NCBI GenBank assembly: GCA_034111925.1
Contig: JAWUWJ010000039.1
Location: 5,416 to 69,415, forward strand
DNA from: Crocinitomicaceae bacterium
Lineage (GTDB): Bacteria > Bacteroidota > Bacteroidia > Flavobacteriales_D > Crocinitomicaceae
Length of the DNA stretch: 64,000 nt
Direction: 5' to 3'
Shown here piece by piece: positions 45,627 to 55,034 of the stretch (positions within the stretch are counted from its first letter, which is position 1; each line of letters begins with the position of its first letter). The position numbers and the translations under genes are program-made. Under the pieces are notes generated by a model. The model was not told the DNA's origin and ran no database searches. It saw only the letters and a program-made list of their open reading frames with translations.

Positions 45627-46097
45627 ATGGCATTCTATCAATTCATCCAGACGCAAAAGGTGAACGCTTCTTTGGAAGATGTTTGGGACTTTATTTCGTC
45701 TCCGAAAAACCTAAAGGAAATTACACCCGATTATATGGGGTTTGACATAACTTCTGAAGGCCTCACTGAAAAAATGTACCCGGGAATGATCATCGGGTAT
45801 CGGGTAAGTCCATTGCTTGGAATTAAAACGACATGGGTAACAGAAATAACTCAAGTGCGGGACTTGTCCTACTTTGTAGATGAGCAACGAATCGGCCCTT
45901 ATTCTATTTGGCACCATCAGCATTTTATTGAGCCCATTGAAGGTGGTGTTCTCATGCGAGACATCGTAACGTATCAGCCTCCTTTCGCCTTTCTAGGAGC
46001 AATCATGAATCGATTGGTGATCCAAAAGAAATTAAAGGAAATATTTGCATACAGAACAAAAGCGGTAGAAAAAAGATATGGAACATTTGAAGAGTGA
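45627..46097 (+). CDS. SRPBCC (START/polyketide-cyclase-like) family protein
   Basis: 156 aa. The N-terminus VNASLEDVWDFISSPKNLKEITP is typical of SRPBCC proteins. Assignment by pattern only. Confidence 0.55.
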   Translation: MAFYQFIQTQKVNASLEDVWDFISSPKNLKEITPDYMGFDITSEGLTEKMYPGMIIGYRVSPLLGIKTTWVTEITQVRDLSYFVDEQRIGPYSIWHHQHFIEPIEGGVLMRDIVTYQPPFAFLGAIMNRLVIQKKLKEIFAYRTKAVEKRYGTFEE

Positions 46098-46371
46098 TTT
46101 AAATGAGCGTGATTTAAACAGAATTATAGAAATGGCTTGGGAGGATCGCACGTCATTTGAAGCTATTCAGTTTCAATTTGGGATTACTGAAAAAACCGTA
46201 ATACAGTTAATGCGGTCAAATTTGAAACGTAGTAGTTTCAATCTCTGGCGAAAGCGCGTAAATAGTGGCCCAAGTCAAAAACACGAACAAAAGCGTAGCA
46301 AGGATATTAATCGGTTTAAATGTTCGCGTCAACGGACAATTTCGAGCAATAAAATTTCAAAGCGACTTTAG
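46078..46371 (+). CDS. TIGR03643/DUF2805 family protein
   Basis: IIEMAWEDRTSFEAIQFQFGITEKTVIQLMRSNLKRSSFNLWRKRV matches the highly conserved core I recall for this family. It overlaps the upstream gene by 20 nt. Confidence 0.7.
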   Translation: MEHLKSDLNERDLNRIIEMAWEDRTSFEAIQFQFGITEKTVIQLMRSNLKRSSFNLWRKRVNSGPSQKHEQKRSKDINRFKCSRQRTISSNKISKRL

Positions 46372-46531
46372 GTTTATTGTATCAATCAGGCAATTAGATA
46401 ACTGCGGCCTATAATCTTAGTAAACCTTAGAATACGAGCTAAATAAAGTCTAAGTTTTGGTTCTTGGGTTCTAGCGAAAAGATTTGTGAGTAAAACGCAC
46501 ATTCTTCTACATCCGAATAGTAGTAAATTAA

Positions 46532-48145
46532 CTATTGTTTTATAAAACGAGCATTTTCAGAAATACCATCGTGATTATATAAACGTACGATATAACAACC
46601 TGATTCGAGTTCATTGATATTAACATACATCAATTGACTTACTTCCTTTGCACATTTAATTCTCTTAACCACCTTCCCTCTAACGTCAAAAAAAGCAACA
46701 TATGACTCATCATCTTGCACTTTCATATTGATGTCTATTGTAATATTCGCCCCTGCAGGGTTTGGATAAATTGTCATGTTTGGGACATTATTATCAATAC
46801 AATCGACCGATACAACATCAAAATATTCTTCGATGCCGTTAAGATCAGTTTGCTTTAACCTATAAAAATAAACACCTTGAAATGGATCAGTATCAGTAAA
46901 GGAATAATTAATTGTTTGAGAGCTATTACCTGCTCCCTGAAATGTTCCAATTTCTTGAAATGTTATTCCATCATTAGCTCGCTCTAATGTGAAAAAGTCA
47001 TTGTTGTTTTCGGACGCTGTGGCCCAGTTAATAATTGCTTTTCTGTCTGCACAATTGGCCTCAAAATAGATTAATTCAATAGGGAGTGGTGAAGTTATAA
47101 GGCTTTTTGTACCGATATAAAATGTATTTGAAAGGTTCGAGGTAGATAGTCCATTTCTATTTACTTCAAGAGGGGTGTTATCGCTTGTTGAGGCAACAAA
47201 TGCTCCTACGGTACTAGTCGCTAAAGTTAGATTTAAATCAACAAGTGAAAAAGGATTGAAGCCTGTTCCACCAAATCGCATAGAAATATTAGAACCACTT
47301 GAAGCAAACCCATTCGCTGTTGATACAACCCAGGATGAATTGGATATGCCCTCAACTAAAGTTCCGCCTGCCCAAGAAGGGTCTATGTGAGACGCAGGAT
47401 TTGAGCCAGAAAGATAAATTGGATTGTGGACAACGCTTATCGTTCCTCCAGTAGTCAAAGCAGCAGACCATCCTTGCCATAGCGGACGGTAATCAATTGT
47501 GGAGGTTCCCATTGGGAAATGACCAATAGATGAAGGGATAGTAGTTGATGTAACATTGTCAAACCAACGCGTAAATGTACCACCATAAAGCCAACCCGAA
47601 TTGTATGAAAGTGTTCCGGGTATTGCTGCTGACGTTCCAAGTTTAAGAGTGAATCCTGCGAGGTTGGTCTTTCCGGCTGTCATCGTTAGATTATTTTTTG
47701 CAGTTACGTTTGTTTCTATTGTAATTTGAGGAGCTATTGAAAAAGTGTTATTTATGGAGATGTTATGAAATTCTATATCACCATTTCCACCTATTTTTTG
47801 CGGGCCGACGCCATAGAAATTTACATTACTGGTACCGCTAAAAAATGTTCCTGTATTAAAAAAATCACCTACAATATTGTAAGTACCATTACCTTGAGTA
47901 GTTCCTGCATTGTTGATAGTAGAGATGTTTATAATTCCATCATTGGAAATGGTTGCAGTATTATCAATATTGATCGAATCCATACCAACTACTGTCCCTC
48001 CTTGAATCGAGATGTAAGCAGCGTTGTTAGAGATGATTTGTGCCTTTATTCCCTGTGTCGATAATATAAAAATTGCACAGACAATCAAAAAAACAATTTT
48101 GGCGAGTTTTTTTGAGCCCTCTATTCTTTCTAAGTTGATTGACAT
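46532..48145 (-). CDS. secreted beta-helix-like protein with T9SS C-terminal sorting domain
   Basis: N-terminal TM/signal, then a G/T/N/I-rich repetitive region. The C-terminus reads MTIYPNPAGANITIDI...FDVRGKVV...SGCYIVRLYN. Confidence 0.7.
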   Translation of the reverse strand: MSINLERIEGSKKLAKIVFLIVCAIFILSTQGIKAQIISNNAAYISIQGGTVVGMDSINIDNTATISNDGIINISTINNAGTTQGNGTYNIVGDFFNTGTFFSGTSNVNFYGVGPQKIGGNGDIEFHNISINNTFSIAPQITIETNVTAKNNLTMTAGKTNLAGFTLKLGTSAAIPGTLSYNSGWLYGGTFTRWFDNVTSTTIPSSIGHFPMGTSTIDYRPLWQGWSAALTTGGTISVVHNPIYLSGSNPASHIDPSWAGGTLVEGISNSSWVVSTANGFASSGSNISMRFGGTGFNPFSLVDLNLTLATSTVGAFVASTSDNTPLEVNRNGLSTSNLSNTFYIGTKSLITSPLPIELIYFEANCADRKAIINWATASENNNDFFTLERANDGITFQEIGTFQGAGNSSQTINYSFTDTDPFQGVYFYRLKQTDLNGIEEYFDVVSVDCIDNNVPNMTIYPNPAGANITIDINMKVQDDESYVAFFDVRGKVVKRIKCAKEVSQLMYVNINELESGCYIVRLYNHDGISENARFIKQ

Positions 48146-48183
48146 TTGATACTTATTAGATATAAAAATGAATAATAGAGATG

Positions 48184-49800
48184 CTATCTAACCATGGTTA
48201 GTGATAGTACTCTATTGTCAGCATTAACCTGTCCTCCCAAATCAGAAACCTGTCCGTCAACTTTCCACCTAACCTCAATAGTTTGGCCAGCCATAACGGT
48301 CGCAACTCCCTGTAAATAGACATCCGATGGTGCCGATAAGCTGGTTCTTGTTCTTCCAGAATTAGGAATCAAGACACCATTTGCATAAAGACTAAAAGTA
48401 GCCTCATGATTAACTGATGTAACAACAGTAGTAGACCCTGCTTGAAATATGGTTCCATTAACAATGCACCCAGTAGCGGTAAAACCTGTAATAGCACCCA
48501 AATTTGTACCAATATCCCCCGTATAAGTCGAAGGGCCAGTATTGGCTATGCCACCTGCACTGGTAAACATCACGAAAGAAATTAATGACCTAAAATTGAT
48601 AGAAGAAGGATTTGTAGGTAATGAAAGTGTTCCAGCGCCAAAAGATAGGGCTCCAGCCTTTGTTAAAAATCTCCCAGATACTGCGCAGGCATTACCAACA
48701 GCGATTGCAGCACTGTTGGAAAATACAGTTCCTTGAATCGTGGTTGAAGCACCTAGACCGATTGCATCTTGAGCTATCCAATAAATATTTTCTGGAGATG
48801 CTCCATTTATTAAAGTTACGACAGTCCCGGCCGCGGTATTCAATGCTGCACTGCCTTTAATAACAAATAAGGAGTTAGGGTCACCTAACCCATCTAAAGT
48901 AAGTGAGCCTGCTATAGATATTGCACCCGTTACTGTATAAACTCCAGGAGTAAGAATTTCTCCAGATCCAAAAGTCAGAATATGCGGTGTATTGGTTCCT
49001 GGAATATTAATAATATCAGTATAAATCAAGTTTAAATCTGCTCCGGCAGTTGCAGTGCTAAATCCACTTGTGAAAACAGCATCAGGTAAGTCACATTGTG
49101 CATTAAAATTGACGATATAAGTTCCTTCACCAGGTGTCAATGTCATCCCGCCTAATAGTACATCTGTTGTTGATGTAGTTATAGCAATTGTTCCTGCATC
49201 AATAGAACTATATCCATCTGTATTTTCCAGCACAAAAGCAGTAGTAGCCAATTGAGTCGTATTTGTTCCTTGAACAGCTGTTGGGGCTATAGGAGTTCCT
49301 GTAAACTCTGGAGAGTCTGAAAATACTGCCAATACTGTTCCTGTTTCATCGGTTAAAGCCGTTGATAAACTTGTCGATGTGAAAGAGCCTAATGTTGTGG
49401 CATTACCTACCGATGTTACTTCACCTGTAAGGTCAGAATTACTATTCGATATTAAAGCAATCCAATTAATTCCGTCGTAGAAATTGAACTGATTCGTTGA
49501 TGTATTGTAAGCCATCAATCCATTTGCAGGTGAACTAATGAGGTCTCTTTCAGCCTCAGTCATCCGAGGAATGAGCATTCCTTTAGTAGTCGTCCTCATT
49601 TCAAGGATCGATGATGGGTCAGGAATAATAGCAATACCGCTTATCCCCATTGACTGCGCATACGTGTTGTTTGCGTTAAAGAATAAAGCTAGCAAAAGAA
49701 TTAATGAAGATAATAGATTTCGAAAACTAAACTTTAAGTCTTCCTTTATTCTATTGTTGAATAGTATTTTGTTTTTCTGACACTGCTTTTTCTCGCCCAT
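48184..49800 (-). CDS. DUF3494 (ice-binding-like) domain surface protein
   Basis: GSGEILTPGVYTVTGAISIAGSLTLDGLGDPNSLFVIKGSAALNTAAGTVVTLINGASPENIYWIAQDAIGLGASTTIQGTVFSNSAAIAVGNACAVSGRFLTKAGALSFGAGTLSLP aligns by eye with the C-terminal two thirds of known IBPs (FfIBP/TisAFP pattern LTPGLY...FQ...L.GGA.A.NIFW...G.IL...GR). Confidence 0.65.
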   Translation of the reverse strand: MGEKKQCQKNKILFNNRIKEDLKFSFRNLLSSLILLLALFFNANNTYAQSMGISGIAIIPDPSSILEMRTTTKGMLIPRMTEAERDLISSPANGLMAYNTSTNQFNFYDGINWIALISNSNSDLTGEVTSVGNATTLGSFTSTSLSTALTDETGTVLAVFSDSPEFTGTPIAPTAVQGTNTTQLATTAFVLENTDGYSSIDAGTIAITTSTTDVLLGGMTLTPGEGTYIVNFNAQCDLPDAVFTSGFSTATAGADLNLIYTDIINIPGTNTPHILTFGSGEILTPGVYTVTGAISIAGSLTLDGLGDPNSLFVIKGSAALNTAAGTVVTLINGASPENIYWIAQDAIGLGASTTIQGTVFSNSAAIAVGNACAVSGRFLTKAGALSFGAGTLSLPTNPSSINFRSLISFVMFTSAGGIANTGPSTYTGDIGTNLGAITGFTATGCIVNGTIFQAGSTTVVTSVNHEATFSLYANGVLIPNSGRTRTSLSAPSDVYLQGVATVMAGQTIEVRWKVDGQVSDLGGQVNADNRVLSLTMVR

Positions 49801-50063
49801 AAATTTAATTATTTATTAACCGCTTTCAATAGCAGGTGTTAAAATCTCACTAGAAAAGGGGCAGGTTTATTAGTTTGGATTAAAGGTCTTTATGTTGGCT
49901 TTTATTCACTAATAAGTGTCAATGTAGTTAAAAAAATGTGTTTCGTGATCTATTATTTCATTTATATTAAAAAAAATTACGCACATGTACTCAGTATATG
50001 TGCTCAATACATATACTAAGTATAATCACGTATTGGATTTACTGCAATTAACAGTACGATTTA

Positions 50064-50098
50064 TTTAAAACAGTTGATTATTAATCAACTGTTTTAAA
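50064..50098. repeat. AT-rich perfect palindrome (17-bp arms)
   Basis: TTTAAAACAGTTGATTA t TAATCAACTGTTTTAAA. It lies immediately upstream of the IS3-like remnant ORF. Confidence 0.8.
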
Positions 50099-50106
50099 TT
50101 TGAAGA

Positions 50107-50190
50107 ATGAAAACAAGAAAAAAGTTCAATAGAGAATTTATATTGAAAGTCATTGAAATGAGCAACAAAAACAGACCGTGTAGGTCGTGA
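50107..50190 (+). pseudogene. remnant of an IS3-family transposase OrfA N-terminus
   Basis: The 27-codon ORF MKTRKKFNREFILKVIEMSNKNRPCRS resembles the K-R-R-K-F-x-x-E-F-K-L-x-x-V-E-x-S start of IS3/IS911 OrfA proteins. It stops prematurely and no OrfB follows. Confidence 0.3.
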
Positions 50191-50298
50191 TTTTATTGAA
50201 AGAGGAGGATTATCAAACCGTTTCACTCAGGTGAAGGTTTGATGGACTCCACTGCGTTTCGGCTCGAACCGAGATTCTCATCCAACTCTATCAAAACG

Positions 50299-50330
50299 AA
50301 AAATGCCAGACCTTTCGGTCTAGCATTTTG
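50299..50330 (-). terminator. hairpin terminator directly downstream of tRNA-Ser
   Basis: aaaatGCCAGACC tttc GGTCTAGCatttt has one mismatch. A and T runs on both sides allow bidirectional function. Confidence 0.65.
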
Positions 50331-50415
50331 CGGAGAGAGGGGGATTCGAACCCCCGTTACGTTTCCGTAAACACGCTTTCCAAGCGTGCGCGTTCAGCCA
50401 CTCTGCCACCTCTCC
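50331..50415 (-). tRNA. tRNA-Ser (anticodon GGA)
   Basis: The reverse complement is GGAGAGGTGGCAGAGTGGCTGAACGCGCACGCTTGGAAAGCGTGTTTACGGAAACGTAACGGGGGTTCGAATCCCCCTCTCTCCG. Acceptor stem GGAGAGG/TCTCTCC, anticodon stem CACGC/GCGTG with loop TTGGAAA, long variable arm TTACG-gaaa-CGTAA, T arm GGGGG-TTCGAAT-CCCCC. No encoded CCA. Confidence 0.9.
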
Positions 50416-50453
50416 TTTTTTAATTGGATTGTGAAATTAGCAATAACTCAACA

Positions 50454-51479
50454 CTAATCGAGTTCACCTCTTAAATTTTCAGAAATTTTTCTTTTTGATT
50501 GTTCTAAATTATTCGGATCAACACAAGCCATTAGTTTTGTTATCGCAGCTTCAGTTGTCAAATTTGTCCCACTTATAACCCCAATTTCAGCAAACATTGA
50601 ACTTGATTTATACAATCCTTGTTCTACCGACCCTGAGTTGCATTGCGTAATGTTTAAGACCAATCCACCACTAGAAATAAAATCTCCAACGATTCTTCTT
50701 AGAGATTCACTATCGGGTGCATTGCCAGCTCCAAATGTTTCAATCACAACAGCATCAACGTCTTCTTTATTAAAAACGGCAGCGTAAAGGTCAATGTTTA
50801 TTCCTGGAAATAATTTTACAAGAGCAATTCTATCGTTTAAATTCGAACTGATTGCTACTTGATCATTATCGCTTCTGTAGAGCTTCTCTGTATTGTAATG
50901 CAGATGCACTCCTGCAGTCGCTAATTCCGGATAATTGGGCGATCTAAATGCCTCAAAATTTTCCGCTGAATCTTTTGTGCATCGATTGCCTCTGAACAGT
51001 TTATAATCAAAATAGACAGCAACCTCTGTAATCACGGATTTGTCATATTCGTCTTTTGCAGCAGCAATTTCCAAAGCCGTTATTAAATTTTCCTTGCCAT
51101 CGGTGCGAATTACACCAATTGGCAATTGCGATCCCGTAAGAATCACCGGTTTTTGCAAACCATCAAACATAAAACTCAGTGCTGAAGCTGTAAACGCCAT
51201 TGTGTCCGAACCATGTAAAACTACAAAGCCATCGTATTGTAAATAATTTTCGAAAATCGTTTCGGCAATATCTTTCCAGTGCTTCACATTAATCTCTGAC
51301 GAATCCACTGGCTCATCAAAGCTCACGCTGTCTATTTCAATATTTAACCGATTGATCTCAGGGACATGGCGCGATATGAGGTTAAAATCCACATTAGACA
51401 ATTCTTCTGTCGCAGGATCTTTAATCATGCCAATTGTCCCTCCGGTATAGACTATAAGTACTTTAGGTTTTAATTCCAT
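50454..51479 (-). CDS. ansA: type I L-asparaginase
   Basis: VLIVYTGGTIGM (catalytic TGGTI), VVLHGSDTMAFTASAL (HG-x-DTM), and GAGN are present. Start moved to ATG (rc of 51477-51479). Confidence 0.85.
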   Translation of the reverse strand: MELKPKVLIVYTGGTIGMIKDPATEELSNVDFNLISRHVPEINRLNIEIDSVSFDEPVDSSEINVKHWKDIAETIFENYLQYDGFVVLHGSDTMAFTASALSFMFDGLQKPVILTGSQLPIGVIRTDGKENLITALEIAAAKDEYDKSVITEVAVYFDYKLFRGNRCTKDSAENFEAFRSPNYPELATAGVHLHYNTEKLYRSDNDQVAISSNLNDRIALVKLFPGINIDLYAAVFNKEDVDAVVIETFGAGNAPDSESLRRIVGDFISSGGLVLNITQCNSGSVEQGLYKSSSMFAEIGVISGTNLTTEAAITKLMACVDPNNLEQSKRKISENLRGELD

Positions 51480-51551
51480 CACTTTACATATCAAATTCAA
51501 TAAACGTGTCTCACTATGAGAATTCTGCAGTAAGTTGTTGCTTGTGTTGAT

Positions 51552-52325
51552 CTAAGCGTGCAAATTAAAGATTTCAATTGCATTAATTGAGGTTCTTTCC
51601 TCTATTTCTTTGAGTGTTACTCCATGAACGTCTGCCAATTTCTCTGCAACATGCAAAAGATATGCGCTTTCATTCCGCTTTCCTCTATATGGTACTGGAG
51701 GCAAATAAGGCGAATCTGTCTCTAAAATCAAATGCTCCAAATCAATTTCTCGAATCACTTCATCGATCTTGGCATTTTTATAGGTCAAGACACCGCCAAT
51801 CCCCAATTTAAATCCACCATAGCCTAAAATGTGCTTGGCTTGATCCAACGTTCCTGTAAAGCAATGGAACACGCCTGTAAGATTGTCGTCGTTCATCTCA
51901 TCAACAATCTCAAAGATTTCGTCAAAAGCTTCTCTTGCGTGAACTACAATCGGAAGATTAAGCTCTTTCGCCCATTCGACTTGCATTCTAAATGCTTTCT
52001 TTTGAGCCTCAATAAATGTTTTGTCCCAATAAAGGTCCATTCCCATCTCACCAACCGCGCAATACGATCTGCTGAACAAGTTGGTTTTCACAATTTCTAA
52101 ATCGGATTCCCAATTTTCACCAACAGAGCTTGGATGCAATCCCATCATACTGACGCAATTGTTTGGGTATTTCTTTTCAAGGTTGTGCATTCGATCTATT
52201 GACTCAATATCAATATTAGGAAGCAAGAATTTTTCAACTCCTGCGTCGATTGATCGTTGAATCACAGCATCGATGTCTTCGTCAAACGCGTCGACGAAAA
52301 GGTGCGTATGTGTATCTATAAACAT
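51552..52325 (-). CDS. TatD family metal-dependent hydrolase
   Basis: FIDTHTHL, GEMGMDLYW, VVHAREA, FHCFTG, and ETDSPYL are the characteristic TatD motifs. Confidence 0.9.
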   Translation of the reverse strand: MFIDTHTHLFVDAFDEDIDAVIQRSIDAGVEKFLLPNIDIESIDRMHNLEKKYPNNCVSMMGLHPSSVGENWESDLEIVKTNLFSRSYCAVGEMGMDLYWDKTFIEAQKKAFRMQVEWAKELNLPIVVHAREAFDEIFEIVDEMNDDNLTGVFHCFTGTLDQAKHILGYGGFKLGIGGVLTYKNAKIDEVIREIDLEHLILETDSPYLPPVPYRGKRNESAYLLHVAEKLADVHGVTLKEIEERTSINAIEIFNLHA

Positions 52326-52327
52326 TA

Positions 52328-53074
52328 TTAGTAGAGGGAAATACTGATTCCAGTTTGAACTTGATGCAGCTGAATACTGGATTCGTTCTTAAATACTTTA
52401 TTGAAATTATAACTGGCAAAAAGGGCCCAGTTTCTAAACCCAACTCTGATGTGAGCTGAATAAATCAATCTATTGTTATCTGGGAAACCGAATGATTTCT
52501 TGATCGATCGTTGGCCATTAACAGTGCCAACTTGTTTCGAGAATGCATTGGCTTGATAGCCGATTTTTCCTCCAATATGAAATTTGAAATGTTTCCATCC
52601 TTCATTTCGGAACCTCAGCTCCACAGGCATTGAAAAACTATTCCCTCCAAAAACACTCTTTTTAAATGAGTCTGTTGGCGTTTTGGGAGCGTAAGTTGTC
52701 GTTCCAGCTGTATAATCTTTAATCAAGTTGTTGTTGTGGCGAATGTTCGTGAATTGATGTGAAACGCCAATTCCTAAAGCAACCTTATTCCCTGGTGTCA
52801 GGGGAATATCAAACATAAAGCTGGTATTCAAACCAATTGAAGCCCAGTGGTTTTGAAAAAGCTTCTGATCTCCGTTCCAATCGTTGTAAGTCACATCAAA
52901 AATTAGGCGGTCGTATTTGCGAACCTTATCTTCTTTTGCAGGACGCAGACCTGTGTAGAACCACATAAAACCAGCTCTAAAGCGAGATCTTGGTCCATCC
53001 GCTTTACTGTCATATTGGGAATACCCAATATTTGCCAGTAGAGCAAAACCAATAAGTAACACTAATTTATTCAT
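52328..53074 (-). CDS. putative outer-membrane beta-barrel protein
   Basis: Signal peptide MNKLVLLIGFALLANIGYSQ, alternating-hydrophobic strands, and a C-terminal aromatic (…GISISLY). Confidence 0.5.
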   Translation of the reverse strand: MNKLVLLIGFALLANIGYSQYDSKADGPRSRFRAGFMWFYTGLRPAKEDKVRKYDRLIFDVTYNDWNGDQKLFQNHWASIGLNTSFMFDIPLTPGNKVALGIGVSHQFTNIRHNNNLIKDYTAGTTTYAPKTPTDSFKKSVFGGNSFSMPVELRFRNEGWKHFKFHIGGKIGYQANAFSKQVGTVNGQRSIKKSFGFPDNNRLIYSAHIRVGFRNWALFASYNFNKVFKNESSIQLHQVQTGISISLY

Positions 53075-54095
53075 CCATTAGTTTTTTCTGCCAATTCCAA
53101 GCATCAGTCATCGCATCTTCAATTGTGCGATCTGCACTCCATCCTATCAATTCTTTAGCTTTTGAGGTATCGGCAAATATTTCTTCAACATCACCTTCTC
53201 TTCTCGCTCCAAACTTCCATTTCAACGATTCATTTGAAACTTTCTCGAAAGTATGAATAATTTCTAAGACACTTGTCCCATTTCCTGTACCAACGTTGAT
53301 TGTTTCCAATTTTGGTTCGCTCAAATTATTCAACCATTCATATCCTTTAATATGTGCTTGAGCCAAATCAACTACGTGAATATAATCGCGAACACAAGTC
53401 CCGTCGTTCGTGTTGTAATCGTTTCCGTAAACGGTAAGTTCATCCAAAAGCCCTGCAGCTGTTTGCGTTATATATGGAATCAAATTATTTGGTCTTCCGA
53501 TAGGCAATTCACCAATGTCTCCAGATGGATGCGCTCCTACAGGATTAAAATACCTCAAATTCAGCATTCGCATCGCGCTTCCCGACTTATGTAGGTCCGA
53601 AATAATTCTTTCACACATTTGTTTCGTAGCACCGTAAGGAGAGTTGGCCTCTTGCGTTTCGGAGATTTCAGTTACAACCTTAACGCCTTTGGGCTCACCA
53701 TAAACTGTGCAGGAAGAAGAAAAAACGAAGTTCAAGACTTTGAATTCCTCCGCCAATTCTAGGCAGTTAAGAAGTCCATCAATGTTGTTTCTGTAATATG
53801 CTAGTGGTTGAGCTACAGATTCACCGACAGCTTTATATGCAGCGAAATGTATAATTCCTGAAAACGTGAATTCTTCGAAAACGGCTTTCAATTGCTCCTT
53901 ATTCGTCACATCAACCAAGCGCATTACTGGCTCATGACCTGTAATTGACTTAATGCCCTTTAGAACCTTCGCGTCCGAATTTCTGAAATCATCTACAATG
54001 ACAGGGTTAAACCCTTTATTCATTAATTCTACAACCGTATGCGAACCAATAAATCCAGCGCCTCCTGTGATAAGAATATTTCTAATGTCTTTCAT
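53067..54095 (-). CDS. galE: UDP-glucose 4-epimerase
   Basis: ITGGAGFIGSH Rossmann motif, SSSCTVYG, and YGATK (YxxxK) are present. 342 aa. Confidence 0.9.
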   Translation of the reverse strand: MKDIRNILITGGAGFIGSHTVVELMNKGFNPVIVDDFRNSDAKVLKGIKSITGHEPVMRLVDVTNKEQLKAVFEEFTFSGIIHFAAYKAVGESVAQPLAYYRNNIDGLLNCLELAEEFKVLNFVFSSSCTVYGEPKGVKVVTEISETQEANSPYGATKQMCERIISDLHKSGSAMRMLNLRYFNPVGAHPSGDIGELPIGRPNNLIPYITQTAAGLLDELTVYGNDYNTNDGTCVRDYIHVVDLAQAHIKGYEWLNNLSEPKLETINVGTGNGTSVLEIIHTFEKVSNESLKWKFGARREGDVEEIFADTSKAKELIGWSADRTIEDAMTDAWNWQKKLMDE

Positions 54096-54132
54096 TGTTT
54101 CAAAGGTAAAAGAAATGATTTAAATTCGCTCT

Positions 54133-54339
54133 ATGGAAGATAGGCCAAAAATTGATCTTAAACAACATACGTCAAAACGCGTTTCGCGCGTCTATATGCT
54201 TAAGATTGTCTTTTACGTCCTGCTTTTGGTTGGAATTCTTGTCTACTATTTTAGCCAAAATGGAGATGAAGCTTCAAAGAAAGAGATCGACAACGTTAAA
54301 GACGTTAAGGAAATCCAGAACATAACTATTGAGGAATAA
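54133..54339 (+). CDS. small single-pass membrane protein (hypothetical)
   Basis: 68 aa with one TM (MLKIVFYVLLLVGILVYYF). A strong terminator follows immediately. Confidence 0.35.
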   Translation: MEDRPKIDLKQHTSKRVSRVYMLKIVFYVLLLVGILVYYFSQNGDEASKKEIDNVKDVKEIQNITIEE

Positions 54340-54372
54340 AAAAAGCGTGTCGGTTGGACCGACACGCTTTTC
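54340..54372. terminator. bidirectional intrinsic terminator
   Basis: aaaaAGCGTGTCGG ttgga CCGACACGCTtttt is a 10-bp GC-rich stem. An A-run precedes it and a T-run follows. It lies between convergent genes. Confidence 0.8.
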
Positions 54373-54391
54373 AATAATAAGAAAGTAAATA

Positions 54392-54931
54392 CTATACTTT
54401 CAATCCTTTAACAATACGATCTTTCTTTTTCGTTTTGTGTAATTTTTTCTTTAAAACCATAAGGTAAGCTGAACCACCTTCTTTGGCAACATAATATGAT
54501 TGGTTTCCGTATTCAATTTTCCCTCCTTTTTTAGCGTCTGCTTTCCAGTCCGCTTGAATATAGAACTTTCCGTTTGGCTGTCCCGCTCTTGTTACGAAAT
54601 GCAATACCTTTTGTGGACCGATTTCAAATCGAACAACAATTTCGCCATTTTCTCCGAATTCTTCAAAAACACCATAAGTTCCGATTGGAATAGTCACTAT
54701 TTCTTCTTCACTGTTTGAATTACTCACTAAAACTCCAGAATCATCCGTTCCTTGATTTGCTGAAGAGCTACTTCTAATAAGCTTTACAGTAGTTGAAACC
54801 ATGAATTGAACTTTTTTCACTTTCGCTTCAGATTCTAAACCGAACTCTTCTTTCACCGAGTTGGTGTATGCTATTTGTGTACCACAGCTAGCTAACAACA
54901 CGCCAACAAATAAGATTAATAGGTATTTCAT
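54392..54931 (-). CDS. hypothetical lipoprotein
   Basis: Start moved to ATG (rc of 54929-54931), which gives MKYLLILFVGVLLASCG (lipobox). Confidence 0.5.
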   Translation of the reverse strand: MKYLLILFVGVLLASCGTQIAYTNSVKEEFGLESEAKVKKVQFMVSTTVKLIRSSSSANQGTDDSGVLVSNSNSEEEIVTIPIGTYGVFEEFGENGEIVVRFEIGPQKVLHFVTRAGQPNGKFYIQADWKADAKKGGKIEYGNQSYYVAKEGGSAYLMVLKKKLHKTKKKDRIVKGLKV

Positions 54932-55034
54932 AATTGTAATTTTTGTCAAATATAATAAAGCTTCAAATCAAAAACGATGCCTTTATGGGAAGATTTACAA
55001 AATCATCCTATTTTTACACCAAATAATCTACAAT

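Noticed and set aside
50240-50295. cggctcgaaccgag segment resembling a tRNA T-arm (possible tRNA fragment or att duplication)
   Set aside because: The stems do not pair as a T-arm. It does not match the adjacent tRNA-Ser 3' end beyond TCGAACC.
54101-54108. TACCTTTG box (rc) upstream of galE
   Set aside because: It is a perfect TAnnTTTG but ends only about 5 nt from the ATG, too close to serve as that gene's -7 box. It is probably fortuitous.
54861-55034. N-terminal extension of the MBL-fold hydrolase ORF
   Set aside because: It overlaps the start of the convergently annotated lipoprotein gene and has no similarity to MBL N-termini. ATG 55035 gives the normal MGISVVKFTFGPFQENTY start.
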